A DNA stretch of 64,000 nt from Azolla caroliniana. Lineage: Eukaryota > Plantae > Polypodiophyta. Shown piece after piece: positions 39,175 to 50,770 of the stretch (positions are counted from its first letter, which is position 1; every line of letters begins with the position of its first letter). The notes under the pieces are model-generated. The model worked only from the letters and a program-made list of their open reading frames with translations. It was not told the DNA's origin and did not search any database. Both the position numbers and the translations under genes were made by a program. The DNA lies in the NCBI GenBank assembly GCA_043228905.1, contig JBHGNT010000015.1, forward strand, positions 8,866,001-8,930,000, read 5' to 3'.

Positions 39175-39229
39175 TGGTCTTTGCACTGAAGAGCTCCACT
39201 ATGGAGTGAAACTAGTTTGCCTAAGACCA
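39175..39229 (+). ncRNA. Type I hammerhead ribozyme (minimal, PLE-associated)
   Basis: TGGTCTT-TGCA CTGAAGA GCTCCA-cta-TGGAGT GAAA C-ta-G TT TGC-ct-AAGACCA. This gives the core CUGANGA/GAAA/UH, a 6-bp stem II, a palindromic short stem III and a bipartite stem I. Predicted cleavage is after 39217. Confidence 0.88.
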
Positions 39230-39384
39230 CCACCCTCTTTGAATTAAAACATATATATATATATATATATATCTTTCTCTCTCATTAGTGTATGTTTCCT
39301 ACTTTCTCTTGTTTAGCTTAAGCACCCTCTAATCATTGTGTGCCTATCCCTACGCACTCCTTGTTCCGACCATTTGGTCCTAGT

Positions 39385-40180
39385 AAGATACAGGTCGAAG
39401 TCGGCTGAGAAGACCGCAAAATCGGCAAATTAGGAATTGCGCCGATCCACCCGCCAGAAGAACCCCGTGAAGAGGTACGAGTATAATGTGTATATGGTGC
39501 ATCATTATGCGTACATGACAAAAGTGGCGGCATTGCGTGAGCCAGAGAGCTACGTAGAAGTTGCGAAGGAGGCAAGTTGACGTGTCGCTATGGAGGAAGA
39601 GATGCACGCACTCACGGAAAATGAGATTTGGGATTTAGTGGACGTATCGAAAGGAGTGAAGCCGATCGGTTGTCGATGGGTATACAAGGTTAAATACAAC
39701 ACCTCCGGCTCCGTCAACAAGTACAAGGTCTGGTTAGTGGCCAAAGGCTACGTGCAGCAGCACGACATTGACTACGATGAGAAGTTCGCGACAATCACGA
39801 AGATGACGTCTGTCTGTGTCCTACTTGCGGTGGCAGCGAGAAAGGGGTGGCATCTATATCAGATGGATGTGAAAAACACATTCTTGCAAGGTGATCTTGA
39901 GGAAGTTGTGTTTATGGTTCAACCCCCCAGATTTCAGTCCAAAATGAACACGTCGTCCGTTTGCTGACTGAAGAAGTCCCTTTACGGATTAAAGCAAGCC
40001 TTGCATTCCTGGAACGCGGAGATCACACAACGACCACGTCGGATGGGGTTTGCCGCATTAAAGTCGGATTCTTCACTCTTCATCCGGCAAGGTCGAAACA
40101 AACCGGTTAGTATTTTACTTTATGTTGATGATTTAATCATCGCTGGCGCTGACCTGGACGAAATCGACCACGTCAAGTCC
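39385..40180 (+). mobile_element. Copia RT fragment
   Basis: HHYAYMTKV..EPESY, PIGCRWVYKVK, QMDVKNTFLQG, LYGLKQA, LLYVDDLII. Confidence 0.9.
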
Positions 40181-41775
40181 GAAATCGCAACATGTATTGC
40201 CGGAATTGGGATCGATGAGGAGTCACATCAAAGGAAGCACCTGAATCTAAGAGCCATGTGCTCGATTCTTTAGTCGTAAGCAGAACTTCTGATTCGATTG
40301 GGTTCTCAATTGATAGTATGTTCATTTGATAATACTTCGGCTATAGAGCCGACTTAGTTGATCTCCTCGTGTCGGCCACTCTTCTGCTCCGCTCGTTGAG
40401 GCTTATCGTTTTTAGCCTTGAGTGCACGACAATCGGCTTTGATGTGTCTGGGTTTCTTGCAGTAGTTGCAGACTCGATTATCTCGGGACTAGCTCCGACT
40501 TCGGTGATTGTTCGGTTGTCGTGAAGAACTACTTCCATGGATGTTCAATCGGTCGGTCGAACCTTGTACTATGTAAGTGTTGTTGGCTGAATCGTTAGCA
40601 AACGATTTATCCAAGCTGCTTCAGTCAAAATTGCACTCGTGACTAAGGATGGCAGTTGTCGACGCATTGCACACGGTTGTAACAAAAGTTTCCCACGAAG
40701 GAGGGAGACTACTCATGAGTAGCATTGCTTTTAGTTCATCCTCAATAATCGTCCCCTGGGCCGAAACTTGGGAGCTTAAGCTTTCGTACTCGTTCAAGTG
40801 TGCCTGGACCGAGTCAAACTCTTTATTCCAAAGGTTATAAAGGCGCTAAATCAGGTATATCTTGGTGGCGGCGACCTTCTTTCCATAAGTGTTCGAAAGT
40901 GTCTTCCATAGTTGGAAGGCAGTCGAACACGATTGCATCGTGAAGTACACAGATTCCGATAGGTGCATCCGAATGGTGGCTCGAACGATTCCGTTGAGTT
41001 TTTCCCATTCAAGAGGCTTGTATCCTTATGGAGGGTCTTCATTCTCAATGGGGTCAATTTTCCCCTTGACTATTAAATAATCTTGCATCTGCTCATTCCA
41101 GAAGTTGACGTTCGATCCGTTGAACTTCCTTAGACTCATCTTTGACGAGCTGGATGTTGATGCCATCTGTGTTGGTTTAATAGACTTTGTCTGGAGTCAG
41201 CTATGAACTATGGTGGAGTGCAGTAGCCATGCTCACTTGATGTCGTTCTAACTGGAGTTGGACACAAGTCGTGTCGGTTTCGAATATAGATGAATCTTGT
41301 TCAAAGTGACTACAATCAACTAACTTAGTCAAATTGAACCCTGATTTGATTGTTCGATTTCGAATGTCGATTTTTCCGAGATTTCTCAACACTGATTATG
41401 TGCGATTCACTAGGTCAATCCTTTTTCGAGTAACTGCAATGATGAGAGGGACGGAGCCAACTAGTCCTCCCGAGTGTCGTTCAACCCAATGAAACACAGA
41501 TTGGGGTTGTCTCTCTCTTCATCAGATGTGATTTCAAGAGGAATTGCCAATCGAGATCTTCAGGGTGTACAGGAGAAGAGTTACCGATGGAGGTTAGATA
41601 GATGGCGGCAGTGGAGTCAAGCAAACATCGCTCTGATACCAGATGTTGGGTACACCGTCATCTAATGCATAACAAGATCAATACTCTTCTAGGATAAGAT
41701 TGTAAGTGAATGCAAGTTCATAGCTTTGATGGCAGTGAAGACAGAAAAGAAACCAAGTAGTACACAAGAGAGAGA
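40181..41775 (-). mobile_element. Degenerate copia related to D: part of 5' LTR, PBS, gag, protease
   Basis: PBS TGGTATCAGAGC (41641-41630), LTR end at 41644, MASTSSSSKMSLRKFNGSN..., WLLDSGASF. Truncated at about 40181. Confidence 0.88.
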
Positions 41776-44211
41776 GAAAGAAGAAAGAAAGAAAGATATA
41801 TTAAGGTCTTCTAAGGCCAAAATTGGCCCATGAGACAAATGGTTTACAACAAAAAATGGGATATTTACTCATTCATCGAGAGTAAAAAATAAATAAAAAT
41901 AAGATAAAATAGAGTTTAATCTAAATAGTTCTAGTAAAACAATAAACATGTTCTATATAAAAATCATGTTCTACAATGAAAAGGTTATACTAGGCCTAAT
42001 TTCATTTCCATCCAAGTCTTCCGAAGAGAAGCGGGAGGTCAAAGGGTTGCGATGTGGATGTGGCCCGTGATGCCAATGTAAAAGGTACCCCAACCATAGC
42101 TTCTAGTCGACGTAGCTCACGTTCCCTTATCTTCTTAATCTTTTCTACTCCACGCCAGCTTGTTTTGAAGCCCAACATCCGAGGGCATTTAGGTGTTCTT
42201 TGCATTTCTACTTCCTCAAGAGAGAGGCTGATCGGTGTACGTGTATCCACATACATCGTCTCCCCTTGTTCCTGAAAATTTACACTAGTTACATGTTGAT
42301 GAATAGTAAAAGGGTTATGGTTAACACTTTGTAATTTATTCTCCCTATGTTGTTTTAACTCTAAAATATACCTACCTAGTCTCTTTACACTCAGGGTATC
42401 TAATATGTCTTGGTATTTCGCCCATATCTCGGCATAAGTTGGGCACTTGCATGTGAAATGATGCTCATCCTCTATCTCTATGTGGCATAACCTACATAGC
42501 CTTTCCTCTCTAGGGACTCTATTAGCCCGACCATTCTCAATCTCAAGTTGGTGAGATGATATCCTAAGTTGTCCAATGGCCACCAAGAGCTAGTGTCTCC
42601 AGACGCATGTAGGGATCGGGATGCCTCAAAGGCTCGACGGGATATCCTATCTTGTGGTTGGCTATGTATCCGATGAATAAAAACTACCACTTGAAAGAGT
42701 GTTTCTACTAACATCGGGGGTAGACTGAACTCTGCTCTAATAATGTCATGTGGTACTGTCGATTTGCTTCGGAGTTGATGTGATAACATCGTCACCAAAG
42801 GTCTCTCTAATTGCATCTACATGAAAGATGGTAGACCTGGAGCCCATACTACTGATGCACACATAAGGGAAGGGGTCACTAATGAGTCGAAGAGCCATCC
42901 CTTGGTCTGTGGCCTTGAAAGTATGCCTGGTGGCATTGTCTCTCTAAGAGTGAGAGGGATGCATACCCTCTCGTTAGCCTATCTTTGGCTACTTGGGTCA
43001 TCGAGAATTTACCTGAGTGAGCACTAAAAGGGACTCCCAAGTATACATATGATCCAACTACCTCAACTAGTTTATGAGAGAGGGTTAGGTGACATTTAAT
43101 CCTAACTCGGGACGATGTATGAAAGATAAGGACTTTAGTTTTCGGTAGATTCACTACTAGTCTTTGTTGTGTACAAAAGTCATCTAGGGCATTAAGATGC
43201 TTTTGTAGGTCGTGTTGTGACTCTGAGAGCAAGACAATGTCGTTTGCACAAAGTAAGAAGCTAACTTGCGTATCCCCAATAACTGCTCCCTTGCCTCCCT
43301 TACGAGCAATAAATTTTGTGATCTCATCAATGTAGATCCCAAAAAGAGTCGGTGATAAGGGGCAACCCTCTTTCACACCAATGGCGCTAGTGAAACAATC
43401 GGATAGGCCACCTGGGCATCTTACGCACCCAGAGACTTGCTCATATAGGGCATAGATGGCCCAGATCATGTCATTTGGTATCTCCAAGCTCTTAAGTCTA
43501 TCAAACAACCTCTCCCTAGGAACTGTGTCAAAGGCTTTGCGGAAGTTCACAAAGCAACAATATAGTTTCTTCTTACAAGCCTTTCTCTGGTCAATTAAGC
43601 ACTTAAGTGTGAAGATATGGTCAATGGGGGAGAATGCTCGTCTAAAGCCAACTCGCTCAGGTGCTCGAAGACTTAATGTTTCCATATAATTGCTGAGCTC
43701 CGCTTCCATTACTACACCATATAGTTTAGCGAGTGTATGACCTATCATAATGGTCCTATATGTATTTGGTTCCATTGGGTCCCCTTCTTTATGTATAGGA
43801 GCCATTGTGTTCATGGCCCATTGTGGTGGAAAACCCTCAGCAAGGGCGCGATTGAAGATTAGAGTGAGAAAGGGGGCTAGGCACTCTCGAGCATATATGA
43901 TGTGCTCGGCTCGCAATCCTGTGTGGTTCATGGATTTCCTATGTTGTAATGTTTTTATGACCTTTGTGACCCTAGAGGTCGTGAAAAGTGTCCCCATGGT
44001 ATGTCGAGCTGTGGAAGGCATTGGAATGGGTGGTTGGTTGGGGACATGGTAGAGTCTCTCGATATATGTGTGCCAAATATTGGGATCCTTGATGGGTGTT
44101 TTTGGTTTCGGTTCCCGTAGTCTCTTCCATGCAAGGGCACAGTCCCTACTCATGAGCATATGGTAGAGTTCCCAATATTGAGATGCTTCCCAAGCTTGTC
44201 TTTTACGACGT
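41776..44211 (-). mobile_element. LINE (RTE-X/L2-like) RT and C-terminal Cys/His domain, 5' part displaced by E
   Basis: PIHKEGD..PNTYRTI, GFRR, FVNFRKAFDTV, GVKEGCPLSPTLF, ANDIVL, YVYLGV, SSHQLEIENGR..ERLCRLC..EDEHHF..CP. The 3' tail ends in a CTTT-rich run; that boundary is approximate. Confidence 0.88.
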
Positions 44212-44857
44212 TGTCGTGAAGAAAACCGTCCCTTGGCGCAATCGGTGCATAGCGTGTGTGAACCGGCTCTTCACGTGTGCGCGCCCTTAATGTATATAAT
44301 AGGGAGTTAAGTACAAAGGCATATCCGGGTAGTTAGATTCGGTGGGTGGGGAGTAAATGAGGGAGACGGCTCCCTTCTTGAAGCTATAAAGGAGAGGGAG
44401 ACGCAGGGAGAAAGGGGGGGCATTAAGGAGGACGAAGTGTTGCCGGACCGGAACCGAACGCTTCTCCTCTGTTCGTTCTCCATCACTCTTCTCTGCAGGG
44501 TTTCGGGAGGCTCGCGCTGCTTCGAGGAACGCCCGTGTGCTTCCGGCAGCTCCTCCACCCTTTTCTCCTTTTGTGCGCAGACGAGCAGGCATTGACATCT
44601 GTTCGCCGGCCTGCTCGGTTGTAGCCGCTCGCGTACTCTGTTGTGTATTTGATATTCGTTAATATACAAACACTTGTGTCTCCCTGTCTTTGTGTCCATT
44701 CGCGTCTTCTGTGTTGACGGTCCGTGCCCTTGTGTTTCTTACTCATACGTGACAGGGCGTCTCTCTCTCATTCCCCTTCTATCACCTGCTCTTCGGTCCA
44801 AGACCCCGGTGGTCCCGCCTCGTTTCTCCATGCATGCGCGTAGTAATGCGACATATT

Positions 44858-44875
44858 TGGTGAACCCGACGTGAA
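44858..44875 (+). promoter_or_regulatory. tRNA-Trp primer binding site (element E)
   Basis: TGGTGAACCCGACGTGAA is the 18-nt complement of the plant tRNA-Trp 3' end as recalled (TTCACGTCGGGTTCACCA). Confidence 0.9.
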
Positions 44876-46995
44876 ACAGGCGGCAGAGGTGCAGAAGATG
44901 AGGGGTTCGGATCTTGCAGAGGCCATGGCTTCGGCCGTGGACCGGATAGTGAGCGCGCGCGAGGGCACAGGCGCCCTTGACAGGGCTATTGAGGCGATCG
45001 TCGGTACGATCGGCCGGTTCAGTGGAAAGGATGCCACGAGATATTTGGCGTCCTACCGGGTGGAGATGTTGATGAGGGATATTCCGGAAGAGAGGCGTCT
45101 CGCCGGATTCCCTCGAGTGGCGATGTCGGGCATCCATGCGGAGGTGCTCGAGGTTCGGGCGGAGAGCCGGACCTGGGAGGAGTTCGAAGGACGACTCCTG
45201 GAGAAATACGGGTTGGATGACGTGCTTCGACTTTCGAAGTGGAGCTTCATGGAGTGGGTGGAGTCCCCCAACAAAGGAAGAAGTGCGTCGGTACTCCTCC
45301 GGGAGTTTGAGGAACGCTCGATCGGACCGTTCTGGACACAAGTCGTGTCCTACTGTTTGTCAAATCCGTTGATGCACGGGATCGAGGGCAAGTTGGCTCC
45401 TTACTGGAAACCGAAGAAGGGTTGACGACCGACTGGGCCGTGGTAAAGAGAGTCTGCGGCCGTTTTGACAAACGATGGGAGTGGGCTGATACAGAGTTGA
45501 CCGGGGCGGGACCTATCGCAGCAAGGAAGCTCTAACCGGTACCGCAGGCGCGAAGGGAAGAGACCCGGGAGTGGCTCGAAACCGGTTCTTCTTCGACCGG
45601 CATGATCAGAGGCTCGTCCGGGGGGACAGCTCTGGAGGAGTTGAAAAGAGCGGCAAAGGATCTCCAGATCGCCCAGGCTCGGAGGGAAGACGGCGATCAG
45701 GCTCGTGATCGACCGGCTCCAGCAGGAAGTAGGTGCATGTGGTGCGACGAGGTCGGCCACATCCGGAAAGACTGCGGGGACTTTATGGAGGCTTTGAGAA
45801 GTCGGGTAGTGTACCTGTGGGAAGGTCGGGTGCACGACAGCGATACCCGGAGGGCCTTGAACCGAAACGACGGGAGAGGAGGAATGAAAAGGCTGATGGA
45901 AGAGGTGGCAGCCCGGCACGCGGAGACCGTCCACTACTCAGCGACAGCCGGTATTCGGGTCGAGGGCAGTGGGGCCCGGAAGGAGAGCAAAGCCGAGTTC
46001 TGGCCGACGGTGTTAGAAGGCCTCGCCGGTGCCCGACTGAAGAGAGACGAGGCGGACCGCGCGGAGAAGCGGGTCCAGGAGGTAACCGGGTGGAGTGACC
46101 CGGTCAAAGAAAAGATGGGTTTCGTCGAAGCAGCTTGCCAAAACTACAAGGCTCTGGTTGAAGACAAACGGGTAGGTAAAATCGGAGGGGCCGGACCCTC
46201 ACAGAGATACGAAACCCGATTCGGGCTGAAATGGAACGAGGCCGGTGAGTCCAGTGCCCGGGATAACCACAAGAAGGGCGGATACCGGTTGGGCACGGAG
46301 ATCGAAAGGACCACGGACCTACGAAAGGTCCTGGAAGAACGAATCCTCGACAACAAGGTGGAACTGTCGCTGCGGGAGGTGCTCGGGATCGCCAAGAAGG
46401 AGTTACACGACTCCATCGTGGACTTGGTGAAGAGGAAGAGGCTGTCGACGGGGGCAGAACCGGAAAGGCCGGTGGAAGTGCGGACGGCGCACATAGAGGA
46501 CATGGCACTGGAAGACGAGTGGGCGGAGAGCCACTATTCGAGGCCACACTGGGCCCGAGCGACCATGGAAACCCCGGTGAAGATCGGGGATGTTCAAGAA
46601 CCGGTGGTGGCGCTGGTGGACCACGGTTAGGAAATAAACTTGATGTCCATGGACTTCTACAAGAAGGGGAAATGGCCGATCAACACTAAGCACGGGTGGA
46701 AGATACGGGCGGCGACGCGCGCCACCGAGGAACTACACGGGGCCTGCCGAAACGTGCGAGTCAAGATCGGCGACGTCGAGATAGACCAGCACTTCTTCGT
46801 GCAGGAAACGTCCTCGCACCCGGTCATACTAGGGGAATCGTACATTACGGCAGCGCGAATGGAGACCAAGGTACTGGACAACGGGTCGGCTTACGCGAGG
46901 GTCAAGAGTCAGGACGGGCGTCATTCGGTCCAGTTCCTGACGGTGCGACCCAACCACGAGAGAAACCGTGAGTCCCTCGGTGGCGAGAACCAAGA

Positions 46996-47040
46996 GGATT
47001 TTTAGAGAGGGCTGCCAAGGCGTGGGGCCACGACAGTCCG
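46996..47040 (+). promoter_or_regulatory. Putative -1 ribosomal frameshift signal (G GAT TTT TAG plus hairpin) between protease and RT
   Basis: The PR frame ends ...EDF*. The -1 frame is open from here into the RT ORF at 47236. Downstream pairings GGGCTG/CAGTCC and CGTGG/CCACG. Conserved in elements F and B. Confidence 0.7.
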
Positions 47041-50000
47041 GACACTCCGGGAAAACCCCACAAATGTACGATAGAAGCGAAACCAAAGAAACCTTGTACC
47101 ATAAGTAGAAAAATTTGTTTCTCCGACAACGGAGGGTTTACGATAGTCGGCGTCGTTGGCCGAGAAAAAACAAGGGCGGAAGAGCGACTGCGGGCGTGCG
47201 GAGTTCTCGGGCCCAGCGAGGAAATCTACGAAGCCGTGGAGGCAGTCTCCTTCGACGATACCTTGGGAATACTGCGAGAGGTGGTCGGAGAGGGCCTTAA
47301 AGAGGACTGGACGATACCGGTTTGTTCAGAAGAAATGTACAAAGTCATCGCGGACTTCAGTCGAGGGCTCGAGTCGGATCGGACGGCCCGGGTTAACACG
47401 AAGTACAAGACTGTGGACCAGAAGGTAAGGCCAGTCGCGGCACCCTTACCGGAGGGCAGCGAGTTGCGAATCCAGGGGGGCGCGTCGGACCCCAGTTTAC
47501 GAGATCCGGCCTGCATAGGTCACGCCTTCACCGACAGAACGCTACGGGAGCTCAAAATAGGTGGGGGCGGGTTCCTACTGCCGGCAGAAGAAGACCGGTT
47601 TCGGAGAATGCTCGGAAGGCACGGGAAAGCCTTCGCATTCTCACCAGAAGAGATCGGGTGCGTAGACCCGACAGTCGTGAAGCCGATGGTGATATTCACG
47701 GTACCGCATGTACCATGGAATCTCAAGCCAATTTCGGTACCGAGAGCTCACATCCCGGAGCTGATGGAGCTATTGAGGCAGAAAGTCGATATGGGCATCC
47801 TCGAACCGTCGAGTGCCCCGTACTCGAACCGGTGGTTTACCGTACCGAAGAAGAACGGGACGTTGCGCTTCATTCAAGACCTGCAACCGGTCAACAAAGT
47901 GACCATTCGGAACGCATGAATCGGACCAACGATAGACGAGTTTGCGGAGGCCTTCACCGGAAGGTCGATCTACTCGGTCGGTGATCTATACTCGGGGTAC
48001 GATCAGTTCCAACTAGCCGTAGAAAGCAGAGATCGGCCTTCGGGCAATCAGAGATCATGGTCGTCGGACATCTATGTGGGTCGTATGGCCGGAAACCGTA
48101 TCCGGCTAAGGTGGAAACCATCTCCTCAATGAAGCCCGACTGTAACTCGGTCATGGAGCTTTTTGGGAGCATGCGCGTTCTACCACATATGGATCCCGCA
48201 TTACGCCCACATTGCCGAGCCGCTATACGGGTTGCTGAAAAAGGGGCGAAAATTCGAGTGGCGAGACGAGCATGCGGGGTCGGTCCGAAAGATAAAGGAG
48301 GCTCTTTCTACAGCACCGGCACTCCGGAAGGCTGTCTACGAGAAAGGCACTCCCATCTACATAACGGTAGATACGAGTCCGACCGGGATCGGATGGGTCG
48401 TCAACCAAGAAGATGAGGACGGCATTCGGTTCCCAATCTGGTTCGGCGCGAAGGTCCTCAGCGAGCGACAGCGAGGATACGCCCAGGTTAAACGCGAACT
48501 CTGGGGTATCGTTTCGGCGGTGAAGGCCGATAAAGACTATCTGATCGGGACAGAAGTGATTATCGAGATGGACTGCCTGCCGATTCTCGGCATGGTTTCC
48601 GGATGCGCAACCCCGAACCTGGCGATGCTCAGGTGGATAGCGTACATCAAGTCCCTAGATCTGGAAATACGACACATTTCCGGGAAAGACAATGCCATGG
48701 CCGACATGCTTTCGAGGGTGCGATTCAACGACGAGGGCGGCATGGTTTCGGAGGACAAGGAAGTCGGCGTAGACTTCTTCGAGGTGGCTTACGTAACAAC
48801 TAAGGGAGGGAGCACTCCGGCGCTTAACGATTTCGACGAGAGCAAGTACAACGGGCAGTGGCTGCAAATTGGAGGTTTCTTAAGGACAATGACGCCGGAC
48901 GCGTCATGGACAAAGGACAAGATCAACCGGATCCGGAAGAAAGCGTACCGATTCTTTCTCCGGGGTGGATACTTGTGGAAGCACCCGAAGAAGAACGGCA
49001 TCCCGCTCCGAGTGGTGGCGATGACGGAAGAACAGGAGGAGCTGCTGAAGGCCTACCACGACAGCCCCTGGGCTGGACACCGTGGAATGTGGGCCACGTT
49101 CGAGAAACTAAACGGGAAGTACTGGTGGTCGGGACTGTACCGGGACGTGCATCGGTTCGTGACATCTTGTGAGAGCTGTCAGATGCACTCCATAGTACGA
49201 CATTGGGACGAGCTTCACCCTACATACCCTCCGGCCATCCACTTCAAATGGATGGTAGATCTGGTGACGATGCTGATGGGCGTAGGGCAGATGCGATATC
49301 TGGTACTGGCCCGGGAGGACCTGACGAACCAGGTGGAAGGCCAAGCCCTGCAGAACAAAACGACCGCGACCGTGTGTCGGTTCTTGATCGAAGACATGAT
49401 ATGCCGGTACGGGTGCGTCGGGAAGATCGTGGCTGACCGAGGGGAGTTGGACGCCGAAGAGGCCGAGGAGCTGTTCGACCGGTTAGGGGTCAAGCTCTCG
49501 CTCACCACGGCATACAATCCGGAGGCGGGCACGGGCCAATCATCAAAGCTCTAGTCCAGGCGTGCGAAGGACAGGTTGGGAACTGGCCACGACTGTTACC
49601 CTATGCCTTGTGGGCGGACCGGACAACGCACAGCTCGGTAACCGGGTTCATGCCGTCAGAGCTCATGTTTGGACAGAAACCGATCATGCCGATGGAACGG
49701 GTGATCTCCTCTTGGGCGACAGTCGACTGGAGAGACGAGATGGGTCGGGAAGAACTGCTAGTGGCGCGTATACGGCAGCTCTAGCGGAGGCCAGAGGACG
49801 TGGCACGAGCGGCGGAGAGACTTTTGACGGCGAGGATGAAGAACAAAGCCCGGTTCGACCGAACGCACCGGCTCCGGCCAAAGAAAATCGAGGAAGGCAA
49901 CTGGGTGCTAGTCTACGATAGCAGCCTCGACAACCAGCACCGAGCAATGCGGAAGTTTGCGAAGCGGTGGTTCGGGCCTTACGTGGTAACGAGCGCCAAC

Positions 50001-50770
50001 GACAACGGGACGTATCACCTGGCGGAACTCGACGGTACGAGGATGGCGATGCCGGTAGCAGGGAAGCGGATCAAAGCGTTCAAGAAGCGCCACGACGACG
50101 AACCGGATCTAAGAGGCCTAGACAGCGAAGACGAACAGTCCGAAACGGAGGACGAACCGATGGACGAAGAAACGGAACCCGGGCCGGTTTTCTCCAACCA
50201 GAACCCAATTTTGGCGCATACCGGTGGATGCGCGGTTAGGTGGGGGCGGATGTCGTGAAGAAAACCGTCCCTTGGCGCAATCGGTGCATAGCGCGCGTGA
50301 ACTGGCTCTTCACGTGTGTGCGCCCTTAATGTATATAATAGGGAATTAAGTACAAAGGCATATCCGGGTAGTTAGATTCGGTGGGTGGGGAGTAGATGAG
50401 GGAGACGGCTCCTTTCTTGAAGCTATAAAGGAGAGGGAGACGCAGGGAGAAAGGGGGGGCATTAAGGAGGACGAAGTGCTGCCGGACCGGAACCGAATGC
50501 TTCTCCTCTGTTCGTTCTCCATCACTCTTCTCTGCAGGGTTTCGGGAGGCTCGCGCTGCTTCAAGGAACGCCCGTGTGCTTCCGGCAGCTCCTCCACCCT
50601 TTTCTCCTTTCGTGCGCAGACGAGCAGGCATCGACATCTGTTCGCCGGCATGCTCGGTTGTAGCCGCTCGTGTGCTCTTTTGTGTATTTGATATTCGTTA
50701 ATATACAAACACTTGTGTCTTCCTGTCTCTGTGTCCATTTGCGTCTTCTGTGTTGACGGGTCGTGCCCCT

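Larger units (their letters stand above)
37371..39300 (+). mobile_element. Penelope-like retroelement, endonuclease-minus type, 5'-truncated and decayed
   Basis: IIILPTDKNMG, YFLPKLHKTP-FRPI, FTFDVESLYPSIP, YQQIKGTAMGS, IDDA, LPFLDI, QKPLNSYQYLPFSLDHP, RLVNRGYP. The frame ends at about 38789 with no GIY-YIG domain. A hammerhead lies downstream. Strong C/A strand bias. Confidence 0.9.

Noticed and set aside
39289-39316. Possible PLE pseudo-LTR intron GTATGT...TTTAG
   Set aside because: It is only about 27 nt, too short to support.
44230-44270. TGGCGCAATCGG..AGCG A-box/D-arm-like motif at the start of E LTRs
   Set aside because: No B box at the expected distance; probably coincidental.
44287-44746. 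Antisense ORFs duplicated at 50326-50872
   Set aside because: They lie within the paired LTRs of E, so the duplication reflects LTR identity and not coding constraint.
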